Numbered from the whole stretch's first letter, positions 42,339-56,025 are shown. The stretch is DNA of 63,724 nt, filler included, from Welwitschia mirabilis (GCA_051453625.1; 4 parts of one record of this genome joined end to end with filler, not necessarily neighbours in it); one strand, 5' to 3'. Program-made: numbers and translations. Notes: generated by a model from the sequence alone, not told the origin.

Positions 42339-43087
42339 NNNNNNNNNNNNNNNNNNNNNNNNNNNNNNNNNNNNNNNNNNNNNNNNNNNNNNNNNNNNNN
42401 NNNNNNNNNNNNNNNNNNNNNNNNNNNNNNNNNNNNNNNNNNNNNNNNNNNNNNNNNNNNNNNNNNNNNNNNNNNNNNNNNNNNNNNNNNNNNNNNNNNN
42501 NNNNNNNNNNNNNNNNNNNNNNNNNNNNNNNNNNNNNNNNNNNNNNNNNNNNNNNNNNNNNNNNNNNNNNNNNNNNNNNNNNNNNNNNNNNNNNNNNNNN
42601 NNNNNNNNNNNNNNNNNNNNNNNNNNNNNNNNNNNNNNNNNNNNNNNNNNNNNNNNNNNNNNNNNNNNNNNNNNNNNNNNNNNNNNNNNNNNNNNNNNNN
42701 NNNNNNNNNNAATGATAAGTGATAAAATTAACTAAAAATACTATAAAATATTTAACTAATTTTAATAAAATCTTAAAAAGAAATAATTACATTAACAAAA
42801 TGTTGGAAAAACATATAATTAAATTACAACATCTACATAGAGATCTTAATCATTAATAATTTTTATATAAAGATTACTTTTCTTTTTTACTTCTTAACTC
42901 AAATAAAGACTTTTCTTATTTCATCAGGATACATACTTTGTCAAGAATGACTATTCTTGGTGAAAAGATGTTCTAATAGTTAGTCAAATTATAAACAACA
43001 ATTTACAGGATATGAAGAAAAAAAAAGTAACTAGAATAAAGAAAACATAGCTAGATTAAGTTCACCAATTATTTCTATTTGATACAT

Positions 43088-43556
43088 TGTCTTAATATTA
43101 ACTCTAACTAATATCAATATTAAGAGCAATAAAAAGACAACATGCAACTTTTCCAAATTACACACTTCATCAACATAAGATTCTTTTCAGAATAACATAG
43201 CTTTATTACTTATCAGAAAAATACAATAATTAGCCCCTTTCTGTATCTTTACAATAGGTATAGTAGCATAGAAAGTTACTTTGTAGTTCATTCACTATGA
43301 TCTCTTCACTTGAGACACACTTTCTAGCTCTTCTTCAAGACTCCAAAAAAGATCTTTCACCTCCTCTATAATGCATATTTATAGCTTTGTTCTAGTGCAT
43401 TTGTTATTTCTTATTTTGTGTCACTTGTTTAGTTGTTATAGTTACTTTCCATTTCTGTAGTAGGGTTCCACCTAACTAAATTAAATCACAAAGTTAGCTT
43501 AAAATAACACATAATATATTATAATAATATCACAACATATTGGTAATAATTTAACA
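43088..43556 (-). repeat. Short copia-type LTR (~470 bp) with upstream decayed PPT
   Basis: Minus AAGTTAATGAAGAATA then TGTTAAATT ... CTATAAATATG ... AATAAA ... ATTAAGACA. Confidence 0.5.
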
Positions 43557-44705
43557 TATTCTTCATTAACTTTGATAAGAACATAGCATAAATGTGCATC
43601 TGTTTCTGAGTCCTTACATATACACATTAAATAGTTTTATACTATTATCAAAATAGAGGTCACTATCAATATAGTTTTCTAGCAAAATTTAAAGATAAGT
43701 ATTAAACTAACAATGCTAAGAGGCATGGTAGATTGGTACATCATTTTATGCAAGATAGACCAAAGAAAGTTTGGGTACCAAAAGTGAAATCAGACCTTAG
43801 CATTAAGAAGAAGAATATTTAACACATTTTTAGTGAATGGTCAAGGCATAATAATGATATTATAACTCAATACAATAATGATCTATTTGGTAATAAGAAT
43901 GTAAAATCTCAAGGCACTAAATGATACACTAATTCGTATAGGAACTTGGAGATTAGGCCTTGCCCAATGAGGTAAGTAAATAGGTAATATCCTTAACATC
44001 TCAACTCCATTAAATTTATCTTATGATTTAAGATTATGATTAGATGTAGTTTGTATAGTTAAAATTAAATTTTATGTGAATTTTGGCTTTTGGAAGTGTT
44101 ATTATTATGGTTATAATAGTCATAGACTATTTTCAAAAAATCTAAAATTTTATTGTAGATGTATTTAGTTTTGTAGACATCTCTAATAAAGACATATTAA
44201 AATTTATACACATCTTGGAATTAGACAATTTAATTTTTGTAGATATCTTTAAAGGATAAGTACTTTCTTTTAAGTTTTTGAGTTAGACATTTTAGTTTTT
44301 GTAGATATCTTAATAGAAAAAAATGTATTGAAATCTTTTTAACAACAAATAACTTTGATTTTGTAGATGTCTACTTTATGCATTTTAACATCTTGAATGT
44401 TGTAGACATCTTAACTATACTAGTGTGGAAATAAAAACACACTAATAGCTAGGGCCTTTACCCTTTTTAATAGCAAAATAGACCATTAAATATTATTTTC
44501 AAGTCCCCACTCAACATGTGTCTCTCTCAAGTGATTTCTCAAGCTTCATTTTCTCATATTACTCTAGAAAGACATCTTAGATCCTTTAAACATCTCAACC
44601 AAAAATAAGAATAGGGGTTTCTCTTAAAACAAGTCTAGTTTTTCATAGTTTCTTATATTTCAAGTTTTTTATTAGTTGGTCATTCTATTTTACAAAAATA
44701 ACAAG

Positions 44706-46382
44706 ATGAAAGGTAACAAGAACCTCTAGAGGAAAGGAAAAAACATTATAATAATCAAGATCACAATATGAACCATAATTCTATCATGAGGTAGCATAAA
44801 GAAGATTTAGAACTTGGGCTAGAAATTTAGTTATTGCAGAGTGAATCCTTGGATTTCAAAAGAGGTATAGAGATAAGCTCATGAGTTATTTTATTTATCT
44901 TGAATGAAAAACAATAGTACAACTTGTTCAACATGTTTATGATCTAATGGTAAAAAAGTTCTATGCTAATATACATAAAATCGATGATAGTATATGTTCA
45001 TTTCAAACTCAGATTAGAGGCATAAATTTACACATTCTTCTAAGTTTTATTAATTTATTACTTGGCATAGATGACACAAATAATTTCATATAGTTATAAG
45101 CATTCATTTAAAGAAATATTCAATTCTAGAGTTATCAATGTGTCTCGGCATCAAATAAGAAATGTTTTATTTGGGAATAGTAGAATAAACTTTGTTAAAG
45201 ATATTGAGAGAAAAGATATGACACCTAATGTATCAATTCTTAATTCCATAACATTTCCTAACATTTTAATTAGAGGAGGTAGCTACAGTTACTGCAAATC
45301 CATATACACTTTCATTATATATTATTTACTCAATGGTTTATAGATAGATTTGGGTTTTGTTTTATGTATGAATATCATCTCATTATTTCACAAGGAGCAA
45401 AGCTTGGATCATCCTTATCTTATTAGTCTAATCATTAGCAATGCAAATATTTCAGTGTCATAACTCAACCTCATCTGTTAATAGAAACTATTAGTAGAAT
45501 TTAATGAAAAATGAAGAGCACCAGTGATACTAGGTAAGGGTATAAGTAGGAGGACGCCTCAGTATCAAAGATCATTTTCCACTACTACTTATAGCTCTTT
45601 ATTGGTAAAAAATGGATTAAAGATAATTACAGAAATGGTTAACAAATTAAGAGTAATCTTTTAAGGCTAAAGAAACATAGATCCATTGTAAGTAAAGGTC
45701 AGATACCAATAGAGAGTTGGAAATCCATGAAAGAGGAGGATTTAGAAAAAGAGGAAGCAAGACCTTTAGCTCCATTTGGCACAAGCTATAACTTAGATAG
45801 AATAGTAGATAATAAATCTTTAAAATAATCTTTTAGAGATGAGACATAAACTCATAAGGAGTACTAGACTCCTATAGAGGTACATGTGCAAGCGGATTAA
45901 TAGGCTCCAAATCCTTTGTAATATAGGCCGACACAGTAGAAGATAGAATTTGAGAGCTTAGATGCACTGCCTATTATCTTTCATCATTCTCATTGAAAAA
46001 TTCAATGTTGTCATCCTACACAGCCACCGTCACCACCATGTATACCTTCTCCACCTTTAGTCCCTTACCACTACCTTCCCATATAAAACCAATGCAAGTA
46101 GAACCACGTTCATATATGTAGTTATCATAATCCTTTATAGAGACTATCATAACTAGTTGCTTTAGTACCTTTATCACTTCTAAAATATATTAATGCATAA
46201 GGATACATACCTTTAAGGGCCCTAACAAAACATCCTAGAATCCCTCTAATAAGAGGCACACTTTATCTCCTACCTCCTCATCATTATATACCCAGCCAAC
46301 CTCTACTATCCTTGGTAGTAACAATAGTGATGAAGAAGACCAAGGTGAGAATTACATAAGTGATTTAGCTCTTAGTCACTAG
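44706..46382 (+). pseudogene. SIRE-2 env-like ORF (putative plant transposon protein type) with Pro-rich C-terminal part
   Basis: VYDLMVKKFYANI...SFQTQIRG...INLLLG; NILIRGGSY...FIIYYLLNG..IDLG; HPTQPPSPPCIPSPP; lies between pol end and PPT. Confidence 0.75.
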
Positions 46383-47271
46383 AGCCCTTTTTTGATGTCT
46401 AAAAAGAGGAAGAATTATGTGGCAAATCAGTGGTAGATCAGTTGGGCAATATAGACTTTAGGTTAAGGACACTCTATTGAGCTTAGAGTGCTTGATTATG
46501 AGATTTTGGATTTAATCTATGAGTGTTATCATTTCTATTGATGATCCTTCCTTAATGTTTTAGCAAACATTTATGTTATTTAATATTTTTTATCATTCCA
46601 TCTTGTTAATACATATCTCATGTTTGACACATTTCTTATTCTCAATACTATGCTTTTGTTAGCATTCTTTTAAATATGTAATACTCTAATTATTTAGTGA
46701 TTAAAATGCATTTATGTGGTAATAGCATATTTTTTTTCTTGCTCTGAAGTTTATTGATTATCATTTTTATAAGCACATTCTTTATGATATAGTATTAGCA
46801 CATAATTCAANNNNNNNNNNNNNNNNNNNNNNNNNNNNNNNNNNNNNNNNNNNNNNNNNNNNNNNNNNNNNNNNNNNNNNNNNNNNNNNNNNNNNNNNNN
46901 NNNNNNNNNNTTTAACAATAAATAACTTTGATTTTGTAGATGTCTAATTTGTGAATTTTAACATCTTGAATGTTGTAGAAGTTTTGACTATACTAGTGTG
47001 AAAATAAAAACACATTAATAGCTAGGACCTTTTTAATAGCAAAAGAGACCATCAAATCTTATTTTCAAGTCCCCACTCAACATGTGTCTTTCTCAAGTGA
47101 TTCCCTAAGCTTCATTTTCTCATATTGCTCTAGAAAAACATCTTAGATCCTTTAAACATCTCAACCAAAAGCAAGAATAGGGGTTTCTCTCAAAACAATT
47201 CTAGTTTTTCATAGTTTCTTATATTTTAGTTTTTTTATCCATTTGTCATTCTATTTCACAAAAATAACAAG

Positions 47272-48888
47272 ATGAAAGGTAATAAGAACCTTTAGAGAAA
47301 AGGGAAAAACATTATAATAATCAAGATCACAATATGAACCATAACTCCATCATGAGGTAGCATAAAGAAGATTCAGAAATTAGGCTAGAAATTTAGTTAT
47401 TGCAGAGTGAATCCTCAAATTTTAAAAGAGGTACAGAGATAAGCTCATGAGTTACTTTATTTATCTTTTATGAAAAATAATAGTATAACTTGTTTAAACT
47501 ATTCATGATTTAATGGTAAGAAATTTCTATGCTGATATACATAAAATCGATGATAGTATATGTTCATTTCAAACTCAAGTCAGAGGCACAAATTTACACA
47601 TTATTCTAAGTTTTATTAATTTATTACTTGGCATAGATGACACAAATAATTTCATATAGTTACAAACATTCATTTAAAGAAATATTTAATTCTAGAGTTA
47701 TTAATATATCTCAGCATTAATTAATAAATGTTTTATTTGGGAATAGTAGAATAAATTTTGTTAAAGATATTGAGAGAAAAGATATGACACATAATGTCTC
47801 AATTCTTAGTTTGATAACATTTTCTAACATTTTAATTAGAGGAGGTAGCTATAATTACTGCAAACCCATGTAGACTTTCATTATATATTATTTACTCAAT
47901 GGTTTAGAGATATTTGAGTTTTGTTTTGTGTATGGATATCATCCCATTATTTCACAAGGAGCAAAGCTTGGATCATCCTTATCTTATAAGTCTAATCATT
48001 AGCAATGCAAATATTTTAGTATCATAAGTCAATCTCATCTGTCAATAGAAACTATTAGTAGAATTTAATGAAAAATGGAGAGCACTAGTGATACTAGATA
48101 AGGTTATAAGTAGAAGGATACCTTAGTATCAAAGATCATTTTCCCCTACTACTCATAGTCCTTTATTAGTGAAAAATGGATTAAAGATAATTACAAAAAT
48201 GGTTAAAAAATTAAAAGTAATCTTTTAAGGCTAAAAAAACATAGATCCCTAGTAAGTAAAGGTCAGGTACTAGTAGAGAGTGGGGAATCCATGAGGACTC
48301 CAACATGGTCAAACACAGAGGAGGATTTAGAAAAAGAGGAAGCAAGACCTTTGTCTCCATCTAGAGCAAGCTATAACTCAGATAGAATAATAGATAAAAA
48401 ATCTTTAAAATAATCTTTTAGAGATGATACACAGACTCATAAGGAGTATTAGACTCCTGTAGAGGCACATGTGAAAGGGGAGCAATAGGCTCCAAGTTCT
48501 TTATAATATAGGCCGACATAGTAGAAGATAGAATTTGAGAGCTTAGATTTACTTCATATTATCTTTCATCATTTTCATTATAAAATTCAATGTTTTCATC
48601 CTACACAGCCACCATCACCATCATGTATACCTTCTCCACCTTTAATCCATTACCACTACCTTCTCATATAGTACCTTTATAATCTTTAAAATATATTAAT
48701 GTATGAGGAGACATACCTTTAAGAGCCCTAACAAAACATCATAGCATCCCTCTAATAAGAGGCACACTTTATCTCCTACCTCCTCATCATTATATACCCA
48801 GCCAACCTCTGTTATCCTTGGTAGTAATAATAGCAATGAAGAAGACCAAGATAAGCATTACATAAGTGATTCGGCTCTTAGTCACTAA
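47272..48888 (+). pseudogene. Second copy of SIRE-2 env-like ORF
   Basis: 46911-48956 aligns to ~44338-46452 with substitutions and indels; bounded by 100-N gaps. Confidence 0.75.
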
Positions 48889-49845
48889 AGCCTTTTCTGA
48901 TGTCTAAAAAGAGAAAGAATTCTGTGGCAAATCATTGATAGATTAGTTGGACAATANNNNNNNNNNNNNNNNNNNNNNNNNNNNNNNNNNNNNNNNNNNN
49001 NNNNNNNNNNNNNNNNNNNNNNNNNNNNNNNNNNNNNNNNNNNNNNNNNNNNNNNNAGACCAAGGTGAGAATTACATAAGTGATTTAGCTCTTAGTCACT
49101 AGAGCCTTTTTTTGATGTCTAAAAAGAGGAAGAATTATGTGGCAAATCTTTGGTAGTTCAGTTGGGCAATATAGACTTTAGGTTGAGGACACTGTATTGA
49201 GCTTAGAGTGCTTGATTATGAGATTTTGGATTTAATCTATGAGTATTATCATTTCTATTGATGATCCTTCCTTAATGTTTTAGCAGACATTTATGTTATT
49301 TAACATTTTTTATCATTCCATCTTGTTAATACATATCTTATGTTTGACACATTTCTTATTCTTAATACTATGCTTTTTTTAGTGATTAAAATGCATTTAT
49401 GTGGTAACAGCATTTTTTTTTTCTTGCTCTGATGTTTATTGATTATCATTTTTATAAGCACATTCTTTATGATATAGTATTGGCAAATAATTCAATTTCA
49501 TTCTCTAAAATATGGCACATTATCATTAGTATATTTCAATTAAGAGATTGCCACTTTTTAGTTCTTTACTATTTCATATTTGAATGGAAAACATCATGAT
49601 TTATATCTCATTTTTATGCATTTAGCTATTTGCTCAAGTGATTCTAAAATGTTTTTTATTCCAATTCTTTAAGTGGTATATGTCTATATTTATTTTGACT
49701 TATTTTAAGTAGTGGATATAATGATTATTAGAATTAGTGCCTATGTTCATTTCTATAGCATAAAAATGCCTAATTTAAACTAATTAAGATGAGATTATAC
49801 TAATGAAATTTACTAAGTCTTGAACATCACCAAAAAGGGAAATAT

Positions 49846-51778
49846 TATTGGAAAATCTAGTTTTGATTATTCCACTTGTTAAACATTTTATATCATTATA
49901 TAGATAAGTTACTATAGGAACATCAGATCTTGATAAACACTAGATCATAATGGATATTCAATTACAATATCTCATGAAAAGGATTAAATGCTAAACTATA
50001 AATATTAATTATTTAAAATGTCTGAGAAATTAAAGATATCTTAAGAGAAGACATTTAGAATGTTGAAGATTTTTGGTATGTATTAAAGTTCAAATCACAG
50101 ACTAAAAGATGATGACCATATTCAAGATGACTGAGCTAAATGTTAAACTTAACATAGATGAAGACATCTAAATAATTAAAGACATCTATACTAAAGTAAA
50201 ACAAGTCATAGAGTTNNNNNNNNNNNNNNNNNNNNNNNNNNNNNNNNNNNNNNNNNNNNNNNNNNNNNNNNNNNNNNNNNNNNNNNNNNNNNNNNNNNNN
50301 NNNNNNNNNNNNNNNTTTGATTACTCCACTTGTCAAACATTTTATATCATTATATAGATATGTTACTACAAGAACATCATATCTTGAAAAGCACTAGATC
50401 ATAATGGATATTCAAATACAATATCTCATGGAAAGGATGAAATGCTAAACTATAAAGATCAATTATTTAAAGATGTTTGAGAAATTAAAGACATCTTAAG
50501 TAAAGACATCTAGAAAATTAAAGATATTTTGTATGTATTAAAGTTTAAATCACAAGCTAAAAGATGATGACCATATTCAAGATGACTAAGCTAAAAGTTG
50601 AACCTAACATAGATGAAGACATCTATACTAAAGTAAAACAATTCATAGAGTCAATTTGGGTTTTAACTAATATCTTACATTTTAGATGAGCTATGAAATT
50701 ATACATTGCAAATTCATAATCACAAAGGTTTAAGGATACTATAAAGCAAAATTCATTAAAAGTTGGGCAAGTTAACTAAAGATGTCTATAATGTAAATAT
50801 TTTTGGCTATGAGTAGATGTTTAGAAAAGTAAAAATATTTCAAATTAAAGATCATGTCAATTAAAACTAAAGTTATACATCCAAAGCATAGACATTAGCT
50901 GTCCATTGCACAGTGATTATCCAATTAAATTACCACCTTCTAAGCCAAAATGATTAGATCTTACTCACCCTTATAAAGCATTGATATCACAAAATAGAAG
51001 AAAAATTTTGATACTTCATTGATCAATCAAAAACATAGATATTTCTTAACTCTTAATGATTAACATTAAAAGAAAGCTTGCATGAATAAAAGACACTTCT
51101 CATAAAGAATCAAGGCATCATTGCAGAAGAGCTAGCATCGGTATCATCATTCTCTCTTGAATCTTCATTGCTCCATTTGTCATTCATACTCACAAAAAGA
51201 ACAACATCAAGGAGCTTAAATATTTATCAAAGCAATATCGTAAGGCTTATTGTTATATTATATTTTTAATTTATATTATAGATTATCTTATTATTGAATA
51301 TTATTATAAAGTACATTTCTTGAATATCAAATACCTTGTAAGGCAACCCTTGTAGTAGTGTGCATTTATTATGCTCTTAGATACTTGTTTAATGTAAGGT
51401 TACTAATGAACCAGAAAACCATTATTACCTTGTGAGGGAGAGAGTATTATCTTACAAGGTGGCTCTCACTATTGTAAAGGTTCATGGTGCACCTATGAAA
51501 ACCACTATACCCTTCAGGAGGAGAGAGTGCTACCTTGTGAGAAAACTCTCATTTGTTATAAGATTGGTGATGCACCAAAAAACCACTATTTCTTGTAAGT
51601 TAAGCTTATCCATAGGTGTGAGTAGAAACTATCCTCTATGTATGCACATACCTAGATTAGCCAATCATGTTATCTCAATAAGGTGTATTATTATTATGCA
51701 TTTTTATTTTATTATTTGATTTAAATTTTATATGATAAAACACTTTTATCCCTCCCCTCTGAGTTTAAATGATCCTCA
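49846..51778 (+). repeat. SIRE-2 3' LTR (5' part duplicated across gap 50216-50315)
   Basis: TATTGG start (decayed TGTTGG), AGACATCT-type repeats, ~80-bp tandem repeats at ~51390-51600, C-rich end plus CA. Confidence 0.75.
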
Positions 51779-52454
51779 TGATGACTTATGTATTGGGTAA
51801 GGATCAATCCCTAAATTTCTACATGATTTAACAAACGTATCACCACTTAAAGATTTAGTAAAGAAATTCTTAAGTTAATCATTAGTATTGATGTATTCTA
51901 GCATGATATCCTTCTTTTGTACGTGCTCTCTAAGAATATGAGATTGATCTTGATGTGTCTGGTTCTTTAATGCTGAATAGGATTCTTTAAGATATTGATA
52001 GCACTTTTATTATTATAAAATATTGGAATGCTTATCATGAATAGTCCAAAATCTTTTAAGGTTTACTTCATCCAAAGTAATTGAGCATAATAACTTCCAA
52101 TAGTAATTTATTCAATCTTAATGGTTGGAAGAATAGTTTAGTTTTACTTTTTGCTACTCTAAGACATCAAACATTGTTCAAGTAAGAAGTAACTTCCAAT
52201 GATTCTTCTTATATCATCCTCGCATCATACCCAATTTGCATCACAATTTTTAACTAGATTAAGGTATGAGTCCTTCAAATACCAAAGATTATAATTAATA
52301 ATATCTCTTAAATAGTGAAAACTTCTTTTAATTATTATAAGATGTGATTCTCTAAGATTACTTTGATAATGAGTACAAATCTATACACTCAAAATAATAT
52401 TAGATCTACTAGTAGTAAGATATAATTAACTACCAATCAAACCTTTGTAGAAAA
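51779..52454 (-). pseudogene. pol: Sirevirus RT C-terminus and RNase H fragment
   Basis: Minus FYKGLIGS*LYLTTSRSNI ... NKSAINILKNPIQH*RTRHI ... FTKSLSGDTFVKSCRNLGIDPYP. Confidence 0.88.
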
Positions 52455-52535
52455 ACTCCAAATTCTTATTTCAAAATTTGAATATATTCATATGAATAAA
52501 GAAGAAACATTGTAAGAATTTTTTGCTAAACTTAC

Positions 52536-53103
52536 TGTTGCGATGCCAACTTAAGTGTATTTGTTAAGGTATTTTGAGTTGTTTTACAGATAAACTAATA
52601 GATAAATGCCTAGTTTCTATGACAATTGATAATATAGGAACATAAGATGAAAACATGCAGTTTATCAGATAATTCATAAAGATTTTCTATAGATATTGAT
52701 AAATTGTATTTTCAAATGATTATTCCAGCAAACAACCAGATATCACACTACCAAAGAATGAGTAGAAGACTGTCGTCCCCTATGTCATCCAGACGACAGT
52801 CAGGATGACAACCCTAATTGGACAGATGAAAAACTTAATTCCAGATAGCTTGCAGTTGAAGTGAAGGTCTTATTAATAGACTCCATCATCCACCTCATCG
52901 TCCAGATGACATAAGTGGATAACATCTCCAATATCAGTTGATAACAATTTACATGAAGATCACAGATAGTTAAACTAGAAGCAAACTAAGATAACTTATT
53001 GTAAAATCCTGTTGTCTCCTCCATCGTCCGGACGACCACTTGAACGACACTGTTATCCCATACTTTTACAGATTGTATTCCTGAGTTGTTGCTTGTTAAT
53101 TGC
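52536..53103 (+). repeat. 5' portion of an Athila-type LTR inserted in SIRE-1 gag (same LTR start again at 55329-55403)
   Basis: Starts TGTTGCGATGCCAACTTAAG, resembling Athila-A LTR start TGTTACGATGTTAATTTATG; interrupts gag at GCTAAACTTAC; carries GTCGTCC/GACGAC motifs. Confidence 0.75.
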
Positions 53104-56025
53104 NNNNNNNNNNNNNNNNNNNNNNNNNNNNNNNNNNNNNNNNNNNNNNNNNNNNNNNNNNNNNNNNNNNNNNNNNNNNNNNNNNNNNNNNNNNNNNNNN
53201 NNNGATACCCAAGAGATTTGAACCGAAGATCATAGCCATCAAAGAGAGCAAAAACATAAATGCAATGGCACTGAAAGTACTTCAAGATAATTTACAAACC
53301 TATGAGCTTAAATTTATTAATGATAAGAAAAAGGTATTGCTTTAAAATGTATGCAGGAGGACTATAAATCTAATAGATCAGATGAGGAATTTGATGATGA
53401 TGAAGTAGCTCTTCTAGCTAGAAGGATCAGAAAATTTCTTCATAGAAGAAAGAGGAAAGAAAATTAAGTAGGAATGCAAAGAGAAGTCATTCAAAACATA
53501 GAAAGAAGAAAAAAAATGATAAAAAGATTCAATGTTATTCATGCAAAGGATTTAGTCATATGGCAAATAAGTGCTCAACACAAAGAGGAATAGCTAAAAA
53601 TCAAAGAATCCCTTATTCATTGCTACATGAGATAACAAAGATGATGATGATGATGATGAAAACTATTCAAATCAAGAATCAAACAGAGATAGAAGGTTGT
53701 CCTTTATGGCATTTATGCCATCGCTCAAAAATGTTCTTAGTACATCAATGCCTTATGATTTGGATATGATCACTAAAGAAGAGGATGATTAAAAAACACA
53801 TATCAGTAGTTGTATGAGGAATGTAAAAAGCTATCTAAGAGGATAATTGAGTTGATCANNNNNNNNNNNNNNNNNNNNNNNNNNNNNNNNNNNNNNNNNN
53901 NNNNNNNNNNNNNNNNNNNNNNNNNNNNNNNNNNNNNNNNNNNNNNNNNNNNNNNNNNTGTTATTCATGCAAAGGATTTAGTCATATAGCAAATAAGTGC
54001 CCCAACACAAAGAGGAATAGCAAAAAATCAAAGAATCACTTATTCATTACTACATGAGATAACAAAGATGATCATGATGATGAAAACTATTCAAATCAAG
54101 AATCAAACAGAGATAGAAGATTGTCCTTCATGGCATTTATGCCATCGCTCAAAAATGTTCTTAGTACATCAATGCCTGATGATTTGGATATGATTAATGA
54201 AGAAGAGGATGATTAAAAAACACATATCAAGAGTTGTATAAGGAATGTAAAAAGCTATCTAAGAGGATAAATGAGTTAATCAAAACAATGAAGACTATCA
54301 TCAAAGAAAACAAGGAATTGGAAGAGAAATACAATGTGCTAAAATCTGACAACACCAACCTAATGTCTTAAGAAAAAGGTCTTTCTTTTTTTTGTTAATA
54401 AATTCTTTAGTAGCTCTTTTAAATTAGAACAAATTCTTAGAGTACGAAAACCAACTAGAGATAAGTCAAGTATTGGCTTTAGTTCGTAAAAATATCAAGA
54501 ATAAGTAAACTGAAAGAGTAAGTATGCTTTCAATATTTCATGTAATTTTTGTGGTAAATTTGTTTATTCAAAGCCTTTTTCTAGATTTACATATTTAATG
54601 CTTTTTTCTAAAACTAAAAATACTTCACCTTTTAAATTTATTTCTAAGAAAAGTGTATCACATAAGTCTAATAAGATTAAGTGGATTAGATCTAATAATC
54701 TTTAAAGTTTTCTAGCACAGATAACTCTCATAAGAATAAGTACAAATAGTTAGTATCTAGGTAGTGATTGCTTAAAGCATATGTCAAGAGAAAAATCGAG
54801 CTTTCAGTATTTGAAAAGTATAAATAAAGGAGAATTCTTTTGTGAAAAAAATAAAAGGTCAAAGATAAAAGGTATAGGATGCATCAAGGGAGGTATGTTG
54901 TCTAAACCTGATGATGTGCTTTATGTAAATGGATTAAAACATAATTTATTAAGTATTAGTCAATTATGTGACAAATATCACAAAGTAATCTTTAAAAAAT
55001 TGAAATGAAATGTTGTAAATGAGAAAACAAATATTCCTATCTTTTATACAAAATAAGTGAATAATGTTTATAGAATAGATACTACATTGATTGATCAGTT
55101 ATTTCATGCAAACTATGATGTTAGGCTAAATCTTGATGAAAATGAATGTTTTTTGGTGAATTATGATGTAACACCTCATGTCTATAATTCAATTATCAAT
55201 CATAAAAATAATTTGGGGGTTCAGTCATTATTTCTTAGCTAATTGTAGGTTGATCAACTACATCTATGATTTGGTCAACTAGATGTGGTCAGTCGACTAG
55301 CCTAAAAGCTCGGTCACCTAAACCCCTTTGTTGCGATGCCAACTTAAGTGTATTTGATAGGGTATTTTGAGTTGTTTTGCAGATAAACTAACAGATAAAT
55401 GCTNNNNNNNNNNNNNNNNNNNNNNNNNNNNNNNNNNNNNNNNNNNNNNNNNNNNNNNNNNNNNNNNNNNNNNNNNNNNNNNNNNNNNNNNNNNNNNNNN
55501 NNNATGTTTATAAAATAGATATTAAATTATTCGATCAGTTATTTCATGCAAACTATGATGTTAGCCTAAATATTATTGAAACTAAACATTTATTGGAGAA
55601 ATCTAATGTAAAACCTAATGTCTAAAACTTAATTATTAATCATGAAAATGATCTGGGAATTCAGTCATCATCCCTTGGCTTATTGTAGGATGGTCGACTA
55701 TATCTATAATTCAGTTAACTAGATATTATTGTTTAACTAACCTGAAAGCTCAGTTACCTAGACCTTTTTTGTTACTATAGATTTGCATCTCGCAGGATCA
55801 ACCAGAATCTTGAGTGGTTAATTGGACCAGAGGGATCATAATGCAGAAGTATCATTGATGAACCCAATTTCTTTCTTTATTTCGCCCTATTTCTCATAGT
55901 CTATAAAATAAAGAGAGCCTTAAATTGATTTTGTTGTATTCTAGCCCTCTCTAGCTCTCAGATCTAGCATTTTTGTTTTAAAATCTAGAGGTTTGCTTTC
56001 AGATCTTACTTGCAAGAGTCTTAAA

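Larger units (their letters stand above)
43580..51778 (+). mobile_element. Second Sirevirus family SIRE-2, pol-less: gag end/PR stub fused to RNaseH tail, env-like ORF (present twice), PPTs, 3' LTR
   Basis: RPKKVWVPK at 43757-43783; decayed protease motif *HIFSEWSRH; CATCACCAAAAAGGGAAATAT PPT junction; LTR end CCCTCCCCTCTGAGTTTAAATGATCCTCA. Confidence 0.78.

Noticed and set aside
45950-46320. Proline-rich, extensin-like stretch as a possible host gene
   Set aside because: Continuous with the env-like ORF, upstream of the PPT and duplicated with it; treated as the env-like C-terminus
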